Shown here: in pieces, positions 12,793-25,623 of the stretch
Numbering within the stretch: position 1 is the first letter of the stretch
How the letters are laid out: every line of letters starts with the position of its first letter
From: Octopus vulgaris
Taxonomy: Eukaryota
DNA: 64,000 nucleotides
Assembly (NCBI GenBank): GCA_951406725.2
Contig: OX597823.1
Coordinates: forward strand, 84,878,001 to 84,942,000
Direction of reading: 5' to 3'
Translations under genes and position numbers: made by a program
The notes under the pieces: generated by a model
What the model saw: the letters and a program-made list of their open reading frames with translations, nothing else
Told to the model about the DNA's origin: nothing
Databases searched by the model: none

Positions 12793-13789
12793 TTAAAGGG
12801 CAGGGATTACGATCGTAACTGTTGATGTAATACACATAAGAATATGACGAAGTAGAATGAAATACTCACGCACATATGTAACAAGCTCCCGGAGTTTCTG
12901 TCAAAAATGTTCACTCATAAGGTGCCACGTTGTGAGACTCGCTACATGGATGCAAAACGAACCTTTTAGCCATGCAGGTATGTATGTACCTTGAAAGAAA
13001 GAGAAATTGCTAATTGGATCCAAAATAAGTGAAATCTGTGATCTTCAGTTATAACTGATGTTGACTGACCGATAAGAAATCGCATTTTCTTTCAAACGTT
13101 CCAGCGATCGTGGAGTAAATAATATTAAGATTGTTTCGATTCTTGCTTATTTCCGAAGGCGGATGATGTTGTAAGTCTATAAATTTTGCTTCTAAATCAA
13201 TGTTATTTTTAGAATTATTGAAAATGGAAAAGAGATGTAAATAGATGCAGAATGAAATGAAGAGAGAGCGTTAATAGCTGAAAACTAATTGGAAATGTTG
13301 TCACCTGCTCCGAGGTCATTCACAGAGAAAAGGAGAAAGAAACACCGCAATGAATATTTTTTACTTTGTTTTCAAAGAAGAAAAATAAAACATAAAATGT
13401 AGAGATTTATTTTCTTTATTGTATATGTAGACGCAAGTCAGTGAACTTCAATTACACAAAATTTATATATATAAAATGGCATGAAGCAGCGCTGAATATA
13501 ATTCATTCGAACAAAGTTGTATTTAACGTGCTCGGTTGTATTCGAACATGGTAAGACCTTTCGCGCTGGAAATAATCCTTGGAGAAAATTCTCTTCCAAG
13601 ACAACAATATAAAGAATTTGGCATTAGAAGGAATGATTATGCAATGCGTTTCCGTGCAGGATATATGAACTAAATTTTTAAAAAGAAAAGTCGACTGTGA
13701 CTTCAAATTTTCTTCTTGCTGGTGACAACGGCGAGCTCGCATATTGAGGTCACTGCCAGAATTTTCTTTGTAATACTTAATATGTATAA

Positions 13790-14294
13790 AGGCGCAGGTG
13801 TAACTACGTGGTTACAAAACCCACTTGGCAGCCACATGATATCAAATGCAATCTCACTACGCGTCGCATTGAGCAGGTGTCTTCTACCATACCTCAGTAC
13901 CAACAAAAGTCTTGAAAGTGAATTTCATACGAGGGAACTGTGTGGAAGCCTCTCGTGTATATCTTTATCTACCTGTCTGTCACTGTCTGTCACTGTCTGT
14001 ATGTATGTATTCGCTTATGCTTTCGTTCTTTTTACTTGTTTTAGTAATTTGACTGCGGCCACGCTGGAGGACCGCCTTTAGTCGAACTAATCGACCTCAA
14101 GACTTATTCTGTGTAAGCCCGTTACATATTCTACGGTCTCTTTTGCCGAAACGCTAAGTTTCAGGGACATAAACACACCTAGATTGCTTGTCAAGCGCTG
14201 GTGGTGGTGGACAAACATAGACACACAAATATATATAGGCGGTGCTCCAGTATGGCCACAGTCAAATGACTGAAACAAGTAAAAGAGTAAAAGA

Positions 14295-14296
<2 letters not shown>
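13790..14296. mobile_element. Composite of SINE B fragments in both orientations
   Basis: + head 13790-13960, - tail/body 14025-14230, + tail 14238-14296. Confidence 0.75.
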
Positions 14297-14336
<40 letters not shown>

Positions 14337-14855
14337 CAGATATAGGGTGAGAAAATTTTAACTTAATAAAATTAAGAAATTTCACCTAATAGTTTTTCGG
14401 TGTGGAAAAGAACCATATTCGGTAAAAACTTATAGAAAAATTTATTTTATATATAATTATAGCAATGAGGGTTTAGCAACAAGTTGCTTATAGCAATACC
14501 AAAAATTTTAGAAATAGCAGCCAAAAGAATGCTATTTCTTTTTTCTACAAAAATATGTCTCCACAGATAACAATATTTGTAACTCACATACGGCAAAAAA
14601 GAAGAAAAATAATGAAATCAAACAGTCTTCGATTAATTATGGACGCGTTTCTGAATCAGAATTATAAAATTCATTTCCGTTACCAACATAATATTTCGAT
14701 AATTATAAATCTGAAAATGCTAGGAATACTTACTCCTTTTATTTCTGACCAAGCGTGGTTAAGCCTACCCCTTATATTTCTGTCCAAGCACTATAATACA
14801 AAGAATGGACTATAATAACTGTTGTAATTTAATGATCCATAATGATCCATAGTCT

Positions 14856-14895
14856 GATATGATATTTCGGAATAAAAACTCCTTCTTCAGATACC
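14856..14895 (-). ncRNA. Minimal type I hammerhead ribozyme motif
   Basis: Minus strand reads ggtat-CTGAAGA-a-ggagt-tttt-attcc-GAAA-t-ATC-atatc; stems I and II pair, stem II with a G-U. Confidence 0.7.
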
Positions 14896-15082
14896 CCTAG
14901 GAATTGATGGAGTCGCTGGCTGCTATAATCGGTTTTACAATGGCGTTTATTGTTTCTTTTTTGTAAGCCCGTTACTTATTCTACCGGTGTCTTTTGCCGA
15001 ACCGCGAAGTTTCGGGGGCGTAAACACACCTAGATTGCTAGTCAAGCGATTATAGCAGCCAGCGACTCCAACAATTCTTAGG

Positions 15083-15122
15083 GGTATCTGAAGAAGGAAT
15101 TTTTATTCCGAAATATCATATC
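15083..15122 (+). ncRNA. Minimal type I hammerhead ribozyme motif
   Basis: ggtat-CTGAAGA-a-ggaat-tttt-attcc-GAAA-t-ATC-atatc; palindromic loop-less stem III (ATAT); predicted cleavage after 15117. Confidence 0.72.
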
Positions 15123-15264
15123 AGACTATGGATCATTAAATTACAACATTTATTATAGTCCATTCTTTGTATTATAGTGCATTGTTGTGTCATTCAAGAC
15201 ATTTTATTCTTTACAAACAATACACAATGCTTCAAGCGAACAATATATATATATATATATATAT

Positions 15265-15317
<53 letters not shown>

Positions 15318-15321
<4 letters not shown>

Positions 15322-15446
15322 GGAGTGACCGTGTGGTAAGTAGCTTGCTAACCAACCACATCTTGGGCAAATGTCTTCTGCTATAGTCCTGGGCCGACCA
15401 ATGCCTTGTGAGAGGATTTGGTAGACAGAAACTGAAAGAAGCCTGT

Positions 15447-15519
<73 letters not shown>

Positions 15520-15858
15520 ACATGTATGTATGTATGTATGTATGTATGTATGTATGTATGTATGTATGTATGTATGTATGTATGTATGTGTATATGTTGT
15601 ATGTATGCATGTATGTATGTATGCATGTATGTATGTATGTATGTGTGTGTTTGTGTTTGTCCCTACGACATCGCTTGACAACCGATGCTGGTGTGTTTAC
15701 GTCCCCGTCACTTAGCGGTTCGGCAAAAGAGACCGATAGAATAAGTACTGGGCTTAGAAAGAATAAGTCCCGGGGTCGATTTGCTCGACTAAAGGCGGTG
15801 CTCCAGCATGGCCACAGTCAAATGACTGAAACAAGTAAAAGAGTAAAAGAGCAAAAGA
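15318..15858 (+). mobile_element. SINE family B with internal (TA)n(TATG)n
   Basis: Head, CORE-like motif, microsatellite, near-consensus body, tail cagtca-aa-tgactg and (GTAAAAGA)n. Confidence 0.9.
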
Positions 15859-16351
15859 GATATATATGATATGCCACTATTTGAATGGACCGTAATACCA
15901 CATAACTTGACTTAAAAAAGGATTTAGATACTCCTAATTCTATCAGGTGATGCTGTTAAGTTAGACATGGCCTGGACCAATCTTTGGTCGAAACATATCT
16001 AAGTTGTATCTAAATTTTATATATATACACGTGTGTGTGTTTGTGTGTATACATGTATATATTAGATAGGTTGATAGATAGATTGAATAGATAGGTGGGT
16101 AGATAGATATAGATATAGGCATATTTGTATAAATATTTACACACACATATAGGTGTATATTCATATGGTCATATATATTATATATATTTATCTATACATA
16201 TTTAAATGTGTGTGTATATGTGTATATATATTTGTAAATATATAGCTAAAATGAGAGAGGAGGGAGAGACGGAAAGCGACCGATAGCGATTCGCATGGTC
16301 GCATAGGCAACCGGCTACGCGATTTTGCTCACAATATACTACTTTTCTTTT

Positions 16352-16540
<189 letters not shown>

Positions 16541-16763
16541 GTGGTCATACAATTGACGCGCAAGATAAAAAAATAATGGTGGAAACCGAGAGTAGACAAA
16601 ATGAGAAGAAAAATTAAAGCAAAGCGCATAGAGTCAAAAGCAGAAAGAGCAGGGAAGGGGAGGGTAAGAGAAAGAGGAGGAGGAGTTTATAACGAAAGGA
16701 GGTTATTTGTTTATAAGTACGGGATTATATCTTCGTCAATATTTGACGCTAATGGTGTCCCAT

Positions 16764-16794
<31 letters not shown>

Positions 16795-16819
16795 ATATAT
16801 ATATATATTTTTTTTTTTT

Positions 16820-16854
<35 letters not shown>

Positions 16855-17254
16855 GTATATCATAAAATATAACACCACCATCGCCACCAACAACAACAAC
16901 GAAAACAACAGGATCAAGGAAGAATAGCTACAACAACAATTACACAAGGACACAATAGTAGGATAGGAGGTGGTAGCAAACAAGCCTCTTTTACGGCAAC
17001 AAAACACCAGCAACAATAAAGTAACAGAAGGCGAACAATTAAGAATACAATAAAAGTATATGACAGCAGCGTTTATTGAGAAAACAAGCTTCTGTAGGCC
17101 ACCATAAAAACTGAAGGAAACAAACAGCCAACAAAAGTTAGTAAACATGCCATAAAATAAAAACTAACAAATGGAAAAATCACGACGGTGAAAGCATAAA
17201 GGAGCACTTAAACAGCTAAAACATTACTCATAAACACGCATATATATCACGTGC

Positions 17255-17320
17255 ACATACATACATACATACATACATACATACATACATACATACATAC
17301 ATACATACATACATACATAC

Positions 17321-17380
<60 letters not shown>

Positions 17381-17628
17381 GCATACATGCATGCATGAAT
17401 GCATACACACATACATATGTTCTGATGTATATATATTGATATATATATATATATATATACATTTATACACCCAGATATTTTCATATACGCACAAATGTAT
17501 GTATACATCCATATTTGTCGCTCTCACTCTCCCTGTCTCTCTCGCTATATATGTGTGTATATATATATGTGTGTATATATATATATAATGATAGATAGAT
17601 AGATATATGTATGTATACATATATGTAT

Positions 17629-17665
<37 letters not shown>

Positions 17666-17786
17666 ATATATATACATACACATATACACACACATATATA
17701 TACATATATATATACATAAATATATATACATATATACATATACACGTATATATATTTATATATATATATATATATACATATATAAT

Positions 17787-17831
<45 letters not shown>

Positions 17832-17850
17832 ATATATAAATATATAGGTA
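17255..17850. repeat. Compound (CATA)n/(TA)n tract
   Basis: Directly visible. Confidence 0.95.
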
Positions 17851-17974
17851 TAAAAATTATATATAAAAAAAACAAGAACGTGAAATACACAAAGGGACGA
17901 ACACAGAAAACAGACGGGTCATTCGAAGCCTTTAATCTTCAGTCAGAAACCGGACCATCATAGCAAATTTCGGC

Positions 17975-18007
<33 letters not shown>

Positions 18008-18369
18008 GCACATTATCAGATAGACATGCATATATGCGTATGTATGTTTTTGCATATATGATTGCCTGCGTTTATGTATGTGTGTGCACGCACACACACA
18101 TACATGTCATATTCTTTCTGTATATGGACGCACAGGCTCCCATGCGCGTGCACACACACAAACGCCTCCCCCCACAAATCATCTCTCTCTTTCTCTTCCT
18201 CTCTCTCTCTCCCTCCTTCCGTCCCTCGTTCTCTCTCTCTCATGTCTAAATGCGTATAATCTTGTGAATTGGCAAATAAACCAGTTTGTACACAAAAGAA
18301 ACAATATTTATAAGAGCCGCTAATAATCTTAATGTTAACCCCCGCCACCTACAATCCCACTCTATCCCC

Positions 18370-18805
18370 ACCCCCTTCACCATCACCACTACCATCACCA
18401 ACATCCACCATTACCACTACCGAATCCACCACCATCATCATCATCACTACCATCACCACCACCGTCACCACTATTGCCACCGCCACCAACACCATTGCCA
18501 CTGTCACCAGCACCACCAGCACCACCAGCGCCACTACCAGCACCACTACCACCAACACCAATACCAAAACAACTGCCATCGGCACCACTACCACAATTGC
18601 CACCACTACCACCACCACCACCATTACCACTTCTACCAGCACCACCGATACCACCCACCACTACCACCCCTACCAGCACCACCACTACCACCCACCACTA
18701 CCACCACCACCGTTACCACCGCTACCAGCACCACCAACAACAATATAAACTGCCACCACTGCCGTCAAATCACCACTACCGTCAAATCACCACTACCACC
18801 ACCAA

Positions 18806-18849
<44 letters not shown>

Positions 18850-18850
18850 G

Positions 18851-18927
<77 letters not shown>
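18370..18927. repeat. Degenerate (ACC)n followed by (ACT)n
   Basis: Directly visible; explains the Pro/Thr/His/Gly-rich pseudo-ORFs. Confidence 0.95.
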
Positions 18928-18928
<1 letters not shown>

Positions 18929-19567
18929 AAGCTGGTGCTTTATTACTTTGACCAGAGTACTTTGAAAATATAAAGAAGCGGGAAAATTAGAAAATGAGAA
19001 AATATGGCAGTTTGCTCTTCAGGAAGACGTCATTGGCGTAAAAGAATTGGAATCTGACAGAAATGTTGAGTGGACATCGGACGAACATTTTATTCGTTGG
19101 CTTTCTCCATCATTTCAACACCGGCGTATGTCCTTGTGTTATATATAACGTGGTCATTAACCAGGTCGTTGTTTAGGGCAACGAAAATTTTAAACACGCA
19201 TACACGCACGCTCAAACACACACACATACGCACACACACATGCACACACACACACACATATAGATAGAAAGATGAATAAACACACAGAGCTAGCTAGCTA
19301 GACATAGATAGATAGATAGATAACTAGGCAGATAGATAGACAGATAGATAGATAAATAGATACATATATACATCCATACTTACATACATATATACGTACA
19401 TACATGCATAATACATACATACATAAATACATACATAGACAAAGACCTAGCTAGATAGCTAGATAAGTAGATATATATATATATATATATATAGATAGAT
19501 AGATAGATAGACAGACAAACAGACAGACAGGCAGACAGATAGATAGATAGATAGATAGATAGATAGG

Positions 19568-19611
<44 letters not shown>

Positions 19612-19982
19612 GAGATAGATAGTCAACCAGACAGACACAGGCACACAAATAGACATAAATAATTAAATAAATATTCAGAGATAAATATAAACCTTATTCC
19701 AGAACACAACGCGCCGCCCAGTAATGGAAGCGAACTCAGAAACACACTACGCCCAGGGCCCACTTGAGTCATATGCAGACTGGACAGTTGCTCAGAGGTC
19801 TCACGGCTGTAGAGGCCCAACTCAGATTGATGCATATCGTGGTTTGTTCTCAATAAGGAATACTAAAGGATCAGTGCAATGGGCATAAAGCTGCTAAATT
19901 TTCTCTGACTATGCCACGTGACTTCCAACAGCCCCACTCAATCCCCCACAAACACACATGAGTGTCACTCTAATTATGTTTC

Positions 19983-20215
19983 TTATTTCTTTACTACTCA
20001 CAAAGGGCTACACACAGAGGGGAAAAACAAGGACAGGCACACGGATTACGTCGAATGTATCGACCCCAGTGCGTAACTGGTACATATTTAATCGACCCGG
20101 AAAAGATGAAAGGCAAAGTCGACATCGGCGGAATTTGAACTCAGAACGTAGCGGCAGACGAAATACTGCTACGCATTTCGCCCGGTGTGCGAACGTTTCT
20201 GCAAGCTCGCAGCCC
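19983..20215 (-). mobile_element. SINE family A
   Basis: Reverse complement of head, central domain and tail. Confidence 0.9.
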
Positions 20216-20386
20216 TAATTATATTTCTGTACGTGGAGTGGGTGGGCACAGGTGAAGGCTTAGCGTTAAAGGTTTGGAGCTCACGATTATTATATCGTGT
20301 TTTTTTATTATCAGGCATTGTGTTCTTAAATGAATGAAATTTATTTCACATTAATCCTGTACACTGCGTTGAAAATATTTACTTAC

Positions 20387-20566
20387 TTTCGGCGGCACTC
20401 ATCCGGGTTGATTTGAGCCGACTCCGACGAACGAATTCACCACATCGCTCACAAATGTTGATCTCGTCCGACAGTCGGCCGCACTCGAGGTTGCAACCGT
20501 GGACAGCACGGACACTAACCGTAGTCGTTATTCATTCTTGAGATCTAGCATTCATGTTTGGAGTGT
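20387..20566 (-). other. Candidate exon (180 nt), probably 5' UTR plus start codon of an unidentified gene
   Basis: Unique CpG-rich sequence bounded by tttattttcaacAG| and GAAA|GTAAGT on the minus strand; ends ATG AGT GCC GCC GAA A. Confidence 0.5.
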
Positions 20567-20741
20567 CTGTTGAAAATAAATACCAGTGGCACCTAAAAGT
20601 TAGCCCTTCGGTAGACAGGCACATTATTGACTAAGGATTATTTTACTTTCAGTCTAAAAGGTTTGAAAATCCTCGAAATATGCACACCCCACCCCCGTAG
20701 AGAGGCCGTAATTTCGGCAGATATAAATCTGTGTGTATAAT

Positions 20742-21004
20742 GCGGCGAACTTGCAGAATCGTTAGCACGCCAGGCGAAATGATATTAAGCATTTCGTCGG
20801 CCGCTACGTTCTGAGTTCAAATTCCGCCGATGTCGACTTTTCCTTTCATCCTTTCTGGGTTGATAAATTAGGTACCAGTTGAGAACTGGGCTCGATGTGA
20901 TCGACTAGACCCCTCTCTACTAATTTCATACCTCGTACTTAGAGTAGAAAAGATTTATGTGTATGTTTGTATGTGTGTATGTATGCACGCACGAACGTGC
21001 GTAC

Positions 21005-21036
<32 letters not shown>

Positions 21037-21850
21037 GTTTGGCATACACATCTATGACGTATGAGCAGAATACAGGTAATGTGACGCAATGTGTTCATAT
21101 GTTCACAAGGAAACTTCTAAATCACTCTCAAATATTGCATTTTTAATCAAATAAAATGAATTCTGTGCACCCGCCATTTAACGTTTTCTTAAGTTTTGAT
21201 TTAACATTAAAACAGACAATAATATATGTGCATAGCAAGGCGGTGACCTGGCAGAATCGTTTCCGGGCGTCAATTAAAATGCTTACCGACAGTACTTTCT
21301 GAGTTCAAATGACGCCGAGGTCGACTTTGCCTTTCATCCTTTCGGGGTCGATTAAATAAGTACCAGTTACGTACTGGGGTCGATCTAATCGACTTAATCC
21401 GTTTGTCTGTCCTTGTTTGTCCTCTCTGTGTTTAGCCCCTTGTTGGTAGTAAAGAAATAATAACCGTTAGCAGCATTTTGTCCGTCATTGTTCCACGTAC
21501 AAATTAGCCAAGATCGACTGTGCTTTTCGTCTTCTGAGGTTGATTAAGTATGTATTTGTCGAATATTGGGTCCGATGTGATCGATTAGACCCCACACCAA
21601 AATCTCAGACCCTATCCCTCTAGAAGAAAATATTACATTATTCCTCGAAGGCAGTGTGGTGGCAGAGTCACTAGCATGTAGGACGAAATACTTGACAGTA
21701 TTTCTCCCGGTTTTACGTTCTGGATTAAAATTACTTTCAAACTACTTTCACCATTTTCGGAGCGATAAAATAAACACCAGTTGAGCACTGGAATCCATGT
21801 AATTGACTAGGTCTCCTCCTCCAAAATTCCTGCCTACAATAGAAAGAATT
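20742..21850 (+). mobile_element. Cluster of four SINE family A copies of differing age
   Basis: Heads/central domains near 20742, 21238, 21465 and 21650. Confidence 0.8.
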
Positions 21851-22713
21851 ATATTTGCGGTCATTAGATTTTACTACCTTGCAAGCTATGGATAATTAAA
21901 AACAATAAAGCGTCGGATAAAAAACAAGTGCAGTGGTCATTATACGTTTCTTTCTATTTCCCGTTTAAATCGCATTGGTTTATTTGAATATGCTGCGCCT
22001 AACCCTGCCTTGTTTAATTGTAGCAATGATTTTGATGTGCTAACCAGGATGGCCTTGTATTGATGTTAGAAATAATTATTATAACCGCCTTCAGATGAGC
22101 GAATTAGCGGAACTGTTTTAACACCGGACATAAACGGGTGTTTGGTGTTAATTTCTTTCTTCTAAAACCCGAAATCAAATATTAACAATGGCGACTTTGC
22201 CATTTGCTCAACCTGGGACAGTGTTTTAACCAGAGAGAGAAAGAGAGAGTGAGAGAGAGAGAGAGGGAGGGAGAGAGAGAGAGGGGTGGAATTCCAGTTG
22301 TTAGATTATATGTGGTGTAAGAATTTAGTGGCGGCATTTTGCATTGCATAGCATATTTCTAAATATATAACGGAAGGTATGCTTTTTAATTGAGAATCTC
22401 ACTAAATTAGAGCAGGAGATACGGATATAATGATAAAGAAAATGAGGAAAATAAGTACGAATACAGAACTAAAGTAACGAGGGGAAAAGTATTAAACAGG
22501 CTATGAAACTGTGTTAAAATCATAGAAACATTTTCAGCGAGGGATCCAAATAATGAACGAGGGAGAAATTGACGGACGGAGGGGAAAAGGAAACACAGAG
22601 TGGACATTAGAGATGACAAGAGACACAACTAAAAGAAATACAGTAACATACATTCGTTAGCTCCTACACGCATTTTTTTCTCTCCTTGTTTCTCTCCTTG
22701 TTTTTTCTGTGTA

Positions 22714-22751
22714 TCTTTCTGTCTAAGAGCATAGGCTCGAAACGTAAAAGA
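22714..22751 (+). ncRNA. Decayed minimal hammerhead motif
   Basis: tcttt-ctgtcta-a-gagc-atag-gctc-GAAA-c-GTA-aaaga: stems intact, core deviates from CUGANGA at two positions. Confidence 0.5.
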
Positions 22752-23227
22752 CTTTTGCTATTCCTGAGCGTTATACTAATACATTTGTTTGTTTGTACTC
22801 CACCTGCCTTCGTCTTTTGTCTATTTTCGTAAACTTTCCCTTTACATTCATACATACATGCATGCATACATGCATACATGCATACATACATACATACATA
22901 CATACATACATACATACATACATACATGCATACATACATACATACATACGTACGTACATGGCCTGACTGCCGAGCGTCAACACGTCTTGTGCCTATCTCC
23001 CATGCTCCTGCCTTTAGACTTTCACTTCATACACGCCAGCTCAATTTGAATGGTTTTCGGTCGAAAAACGCCTGTTGTTATTTCTTGTTGTTTGTATTCG
23101 TAATTCTGTACTATGTTCTCCGTTTTTTTTTTTTGCTTTTTGTCTTTGTTGCCGTACACATTCGCTAGCTTTCTTACAAAGGGGTCCTAATGTTCTTAGC
23201 TTCGACTTTTTGGGAGAAAACCAGATA

Positions 23228-23400
23228 GAACCATCTCAAATATAACTGTCCGAAATGGTCGTTACTTCTGGTACTTGACTGAAGAAACAAAGCCAAGAAT
23301 AACCCCTCTTTTTTTGCCTGTCCTTCTAATTGTTGTTTCTCTTGTCCGCCTTTGTGTCGTATATCTGTCCGAACGTTTTAATGCCCTCTATTGCATCTTT
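23228..23400 (+). repeat. Dispersed repeat, probably Penelope pseudo-LTR derived
   Basis: Matches the reverse complement of 55563-55692; related to 17870-17975 and 63585-63730; abuts (TA)n. Confidence 0.6.
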
Positions 23401-23701
23401 GCTCCATTTATATATATATATTTATTAATGATATATATATATTTATGATATATGTATATTTATTAATGATATATATATATATTTATTAATGATTTTTAGC
23501 TATATATATATATATATATATATTTATTAATTATATATATATATATTTATTAATGATTTTTAGCTTACTTTGAAATTAAATCAGCAGTTTATAGTTACAA
23601 ACGAGAAAACCGCGCGGTAGCGGAGGATTTCGAAAATCTAGAGCATATAGGCTTGAGGCTTCCCTGCTGTAGCCTCGTTGACATATTCTCGTCCTAGACT
23701 T

Positions 23702-23787
23702 CTCTGCTGATGAGGCACGCCAGTTGTAAGCAAATTTAATTTAATTAATTTGTTTACAAGTTTGTCGAAACTATGCATAGTCCAGAG
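23702..23787 (+). ncRNA. Complete type I hammerhead ribozyme motif
   Basis: Stem I ctctg/cagag; CTGATGA 23707-13; stem II ggca/tgtc extended by ttgtaagcaaatt/aatttgtttacaa; GAAA 23767-70; stem III cta-tgca-tag; GTC triplet 23780-82. Confidence 0.88.
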
Positions 23788-23911
23788 CTGAAAAGGGTAA
23801 ATGTTTTTATTTCTCTTCCAATTTCAGAATTACAACTATTTAGCGGTTTGTGTTTGGCTGCTCTTTCTAGTGAGTCGAATGGCCTATCATGGCCATTCCT
23901 TATATTGTTGA

Positions 23912-23995
<84 letters not shown>

Positions 23996-24281
23996 GACGG
24001 ACTGCTTACTCTCACAAGGCTTTGGTTGACCCGAAGCTATAGTAGAAAGCACTTGTCCAACGTGCCAGGCTGAGTGACTGAACCCGGAACCGTATGGCTG
24101 GGAAGCAAGCTTCCTACCACACAGCCACGTCGATACATACATATGCGTTGACATACTTGCACGAATATGTGTGTGTGTGTGTGTGTGCATGGAGGTGTGT
24201 GTGTGTGTGCATGTGTGTGTGTGTGCTAGTAAATGAGTACGAAATAAATACAGAAGAAGAGAATGAAATAATCAGGTATAC

Positions 24282-24355
<74 letters not shown>

Positions 24356-25030
24356 ATAAAATAAAACCTCAAGTAGATCCGTGTTCACATCATGTGATAT
24401 AAAAGAAGGACTCCGATGCGTGATCGTGAATCGACGTAGCTACTCTGCTCTGATAGGCTTCCGTAGGAGTCTCACTCATCACACGTAAATGTTGCTTATT
24501 CACGTAAAACGGCCATTAATCTAGAAAGTACAACAGTTGGGTTTGCTTTTCTTCGTTGAAATCTCACCTCAAATATACATTAGACTTATTCCGTTCATTG
24601 TTCGCTTGTACCGAGTAATAAAATATTTGTGTTTATAGACTAAAGTGTTTCGCTGTGCATGCACACGGGATAATATAAATGGTACAGCGAGATTTGTGTA
24701 ATTAGCAGCACCTGGTAGGAATGTGTATGACTGGGATGTTGTGTGTCCATTGACTGTTTACATGCACACGCACACACGCACGCACACACAAACACGCATT
24801 CACACTCACACAAATAACAAATGGTCATACATTCACTAACAGACACACACGCGCACACACATACGAATAACAAATGGTCACAGATTCACAAAAAACATAG
24901 AGATAAACACACACACACACACACGCACGCACACACACAGATAACAAATGGTCATACACTCACAAACACACAAAAACTCACACACACACACACAGAAATA
25001 ACAAATGGTCACATAGACAAACACGCACAG

Positions 25031-25067
<37 letters not shown>

Positions 25068-25087
25068 CATTCATATGCATACATATA

Positions 25088-25128
<41 letters not shown>

Positions 25129-25155
25129 CATGCTTATATACATATATACATATAT

Positions 25156-25186
<31 letters not shown>

Positions 25187-25228
25187 CACATACATGCATA
25201 CATATACATACATGTACATACATGTGAA

Positions 25229-25623
25229 CAGTCAGCCCAACGGTGCCCTGACTTTGCCCATAACACTCCATGGACCCTAAGTAAGGCATGTGTAAAATTT
25301 GAATGAAATTGGTTGCCTAGTTTTCAAGTTTTAGGAAAGCACAGAGATGGACAGATAGACACACATTCTCAGTTTTATATATATGAAATTGGTTGCCTAG
25401 TTTTCAAGTTTTAGGAAAACATAGAGACGGACAGATAGACACACATTCTCAGTTTTATATATATATATATATATAAAACTGAGAATGTGTGTCTATCTGT
25501 CCGTCTCTGTGCTTTCCTAAAACTTAAGAACTAGGCAACCAATTTCATTCAAATTTTACACATGCCTTACTTAGGGTCCATGGAGTGTCATGGGCAAAGC
25601 CCTGGGCAGCGTTGGGCTGACTG
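25229..25623. repeat. Long inverted repeat (about 150-bp arms) centred on (TA)n
   Basis: 25229-25380 is the near-perfect reverse complement of 25473-25623; an extra partial copy lies at 25383-25460. Confidence 0.92.

Larger units (their letters stand above)
14330..15180. mobile_element. Penelope-like pseudo-LTR remnant with inverted terminal duplication
   Basis: Inverted arms 14788-14931 and 15047-15180 each contain a hammerhead motif; a further decayed motif at 14636-14692; begins at a (TA)n tract. Confidence 0.6.
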
